Both the position numbers and the translations under genes were made by a program. A DNA stretch of 62,873 nt, the filler included, from Dirinaria sp. TL-2023a (Eukaryota): the NCBI GenBank assembly GCA_051941275.1. It is 5 parts of 5 records of this genome, joined end to end, with 100 filler letters (N's around TTAATTAATTAA, not from the genome) between each part and the next. Parts side by side here need not be neighbours in the genome. Positions count along the whole stretch, not along the records: positions 50,388 to 62,873 come from JAVEBF010000766.1; 4 more parts are not named here. The stretch is one strand, 5' to 3'. This document shows, piece by piece, positions 59,744 through 62,873 of the stretch (its first letter is position 1; each line of letters begins with the position of its first letter). The notes below the pieces were generated by a model. That model was given only the letters and a program-made list of their open reading frames with translations. It was not told the origin of the DNA and did not search any database.

Positions 59744-61003
59744 ATGTTTAGGAAGCTCTCTGTTGGCGTTCTGGTGGCCTTCGTCGCCGCTGCTCAAGCT
59801 GGCGCCCCTGGTTATGGTGGATATGGAGCCGCACCGGGCTATGGTCAAGCAGGAGGTTATGGTGCCTATAGCTACAAGCACGCTCACAAGCCCCACCACA
59901 ACACAACCACTCTGGAGGCCTCATCCACCCCAGCGGCCAGCGGCACTTCGAATGGGGCAATCGGCGCCACTTCAAGCGTCCCTGTAGCTTCCCCGTCCGT
60001 GCCACTGAGCACTGGCGAAGCTACACCATCCGTCCCTCTGAGCACTGGTGTGGCCTCTCCTTCCGTGCCTCTGAGCACTGGTCCGGCTTACCCATCAGCT
60101 CCTTTGAGTACCGGTGGAAACTCGGGCACAGCTTCTGCGCCAGCTTCCTCTGGCTCCCCTTCTGCGCCATATCCCATCCCAAGTTCATCAAATGGCAACA
60201 GCCCAATCGGCACAGCTCCAGTTGGAACCGGCAGCAGTGCCCCGATCGGCTCGGGCATTACAACATCACCATATGCAACCGAGACGAAAACCTCCGATAC
60301 TACTCTTACCTACACTCTTGGCTCCGGCTCATCTACTACGGTGGTTACTACTACGATCAAGCACACTACCACTGAGACAGATGTCAAGGTAAAGACCTGT
60401 GGCTGCTTGCGCACTCAAGACATGGGGGCTAATGTTAATGGCAGACCGTCTATGCAACCCATGGCGCTTCCACCGGCGAAAACAGCCCTACCGAGGGTGC
60501 TGGAGGTGCTGGGTCTCCCACGACAACCCTTGAACAGACCTCCACCTATACCAGGGTGGTCACTGTCCAGCCCGTCGAGAGTAGCGGCACTGGAAACAGC
60601 CCTGCCGGTGGCTCGGGCGCCAGCGGCAGCTGCGCGCCTCAAGTTACCGTCACTGTTACAGGCCCAGCGCAGACTGTCACTGTGGTATGTCATGCATTGC
60701 ACAGTCTTACAAGTCCTTAGGCTAATCCTCTTCTAGACCGCCGGCGCCGGACCAGCAAGCACTGGTGGCGAATCACCTGTCAGCACTGCAGTCCCCTCCA
60801 TCAGTTCTGCACCTTACAACAACGGCACGAGCCCCATCTCGCAAACGACAAATTACGCGTCGACTGGCTTCATTACGAAGACTTCCGGAACCGGTAGCAT
60901 CATCCCCAAGCCGACCGGCACTGGTGGAATTCTGCCCGTTCCGTTCAGCGGCAAGCCTCATCCAACGGGCTATGGCCACAGCTACGGCTACGGCCAGTAC
61001 TAG
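59744..61003 (+). CDS. Secreted Ser/Thr/Gly/Pro-rich (mucin-like) cell-surface protein
   Basis: Signal peptide MFRKLSVGVLVAFVAAAQA; GYG-rich N-terminus; 11-aa repeat xxxPSVPLSTG x4; introns about 60389-60444 and 60685-60736; ends GYGHSYGYGQY-stop, no GPI signal. Confidence 0.85.
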
Positions 61004-62873
61004 ACGCCGGTGCTGTTGTCGTGACACCCTTTTCGAAAAGCAAATGAGGCGTCGACATTCTCGGGCAGAATAGCGAGCTTCCATCCACTAGATCTGTTCT
61101 TTCTTGTATATTTATCGTTCTCCTGACCTTTAACCCATTCTTTCACTAGAAAATGTACAATGTCCTACGAGCGAGCGAGGGAGTACGAAGTCGCATACTA
61201 TACCTTGTGAGCGAGTCTTCTAAAAACGCGGCGAGCCCTGTTAGGGGCCTAAGCAAACGTTGTGTCGTATCTGATGGATTTGGATGTAAAAGGCTTATTT
61301 GGTCAATTGAGGTGTTCATCAGGCATAGCCGTGCATTTGGGCGTATCTATTTGGGCATGGTGTGCGTAGCACAGCAGTGACAATGTCAATCAATCCCGGC
61401 CGCGCTCTTTGCTCTGCTTGCCGTTGTGTGCTTCAACAGCAGCCTTTGCGTTTCCTCTCTTCTCGCTTCGTGTAGGTAGGTATTCGTGGAGATCTCTGGC
61501 AGAAATCCAACCGTTCGCTTCAACTTTGACAAGTGACAATGAACGTGTGCTACGTTGGACATTGACGAATTGTTGCTTGTTACGCGTTAGGCAGCCTTGG
61601 AATGCCGACACAATGAGACTCCTGATCGGAATAGCTGACTTTGAAATAAAGTTCTGAAGGACAGCTTCGATTCCGATAACAAGGATAGGCGCACACTTCT
61701 TGGCCTAACTATTGGTGCAACGGTTCATTTTATTCCTGATCCGTGACCCACTTTGAGCTTCTCTTTCCGTGGTAATGATACGGCTCTAGCGGTTTAGGAA
61801 TTGACGATCACTTGTCCTTGGTGGATTGCTCTATCGAATGATCGTCATTTCGAACTAGATCTGGTTTATGTCTGATTTGGCAATGTGTACAATAGTGCGC
61901 TCCTTGAGCCACTATGCTTTTCATCAAACCATGCACCAGGCTAGTAGTCTTGCGCAGCTGGAGCCCAATGTCTCACAGTTAGCAATATGTCGCTCGATAT
62001 TGCATCAAGAACTTGGCGAAGCACTAAAAGCTTAATCGATAGCGTAAGCATCGCTAGTAGGAAGAAGCATCGTCGAGCAGCGAAACATGTGAGTTGATAA
62101 TGCTTCAGATTCTGGGCATTGCGTTGTGGTAGTATCTTGAATGTGACACAGCATTTTCACCTTGTCTGGAACTCCCAAAATCCAGAGTTGTTCCTTGTCA
62201 AGGACTTGTACAGAATATCTTGCCGCGCTGAGGAACAGATAGGAAACGAGGATCGATTGCACCAGGACCTCTGGAACTAACCGACCACGTGACTAGAGTG
62301 AGAACAGCAACCTGCAGGTCCAGCAACATACAGCTAGAGTGTGTGAGAACCAAGATCATCATGAGCCTTAAGATTCGACACAGTTCAAGAGGCATTTTCC
62401 ACGAACCGCGCATGGAATAGATCACTTCTAGGAAAGTCTGTCAATCAGCAGACCCAGCTCTCAGGCGGACGAAGACGGTGTCAACGGAAAATAACCCGCG
62501 ATAAGCTTTCAGAGTTCAGCCGCAGACTGACGATCCAACATATCATTACTCCGCTCGGTTTTGGTCTACAGAAAATGTTCTTGACGCCTAAAAAATGGCA
62601 TTTCCAGCAACTGGTATACATTAAATTGAGCCTCACCGGTGCCAGAGGCAGTCACACTGACCTACCTACGCAGGAATGCCTAGGCGATACGAGCAGAATC
62701 TGCATTATCACCTCGTCCAGAACGTATAGAGAACGCAGCTTCACAGCTCACTACTCCCTCTACCTGTGCAGACTCTACTTGGAGCAGATAGGTGAGTGAA
62801 AAGAATTCTGATATACCTTAGGTTTCGCTTGAATAATAGGGTTGTTGCAACATTCGCTTCTCCGTAGCGTCTT

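Noticed and set aside
61380..62873. Short ORFs at window end
   Set aside because: No coherent gene model or motif.

Overview
Fungal (filamentous ascomycete, Pezizomycotina-like) genomic DNA with spliceosomal introns. The window is not one locus. It is five contigs (1-12505, 12606-25107, 25208-37698, 37799-50287, 50388-62873; lengths 12505/12502/12491/12489/12486, i.e. sorted by size) joined by artificial 100-bp N44-TTAATTAATTAA-N44 linkers, so synteny only holds inside each block. Contigs 1, 3 and 5 are mostly housekeeping genes: fatty aldehyde dehydrogenase, ISWI remodeller, a YJR056C/HAPSTR1-like protein, AP-3 mu, FBP26, a histidine phosphatase, an SPX phosphate transporter, ADE5,7, an acyl-CoA thioesterase, a POF1-like NMNAT and a secreted Ser/Thr-rich protein. 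Contig 3 also has a strongly degenerate G-alpha-like protein lacking the GTPase motifs and helical domain. Contig 2 holds a divergent MFS efflux pump / atypical P450 pair. Contig 4 is an accessory island and the most interesting part. It has an intronless HET-domain gene followed on the same strand by an intronless gene with two duplicated helical domains, each carrying an R-x4-H (HEPN-like) motif, plus four C-terminal 43-aa repeats. These are followed by a nested tandem-repeat array and an LTR retrotransposon relic mutated in an unusual CpC->TpC (not CpA) RIP-like context. All calls come from reading motifs by eye; no database searches were run.
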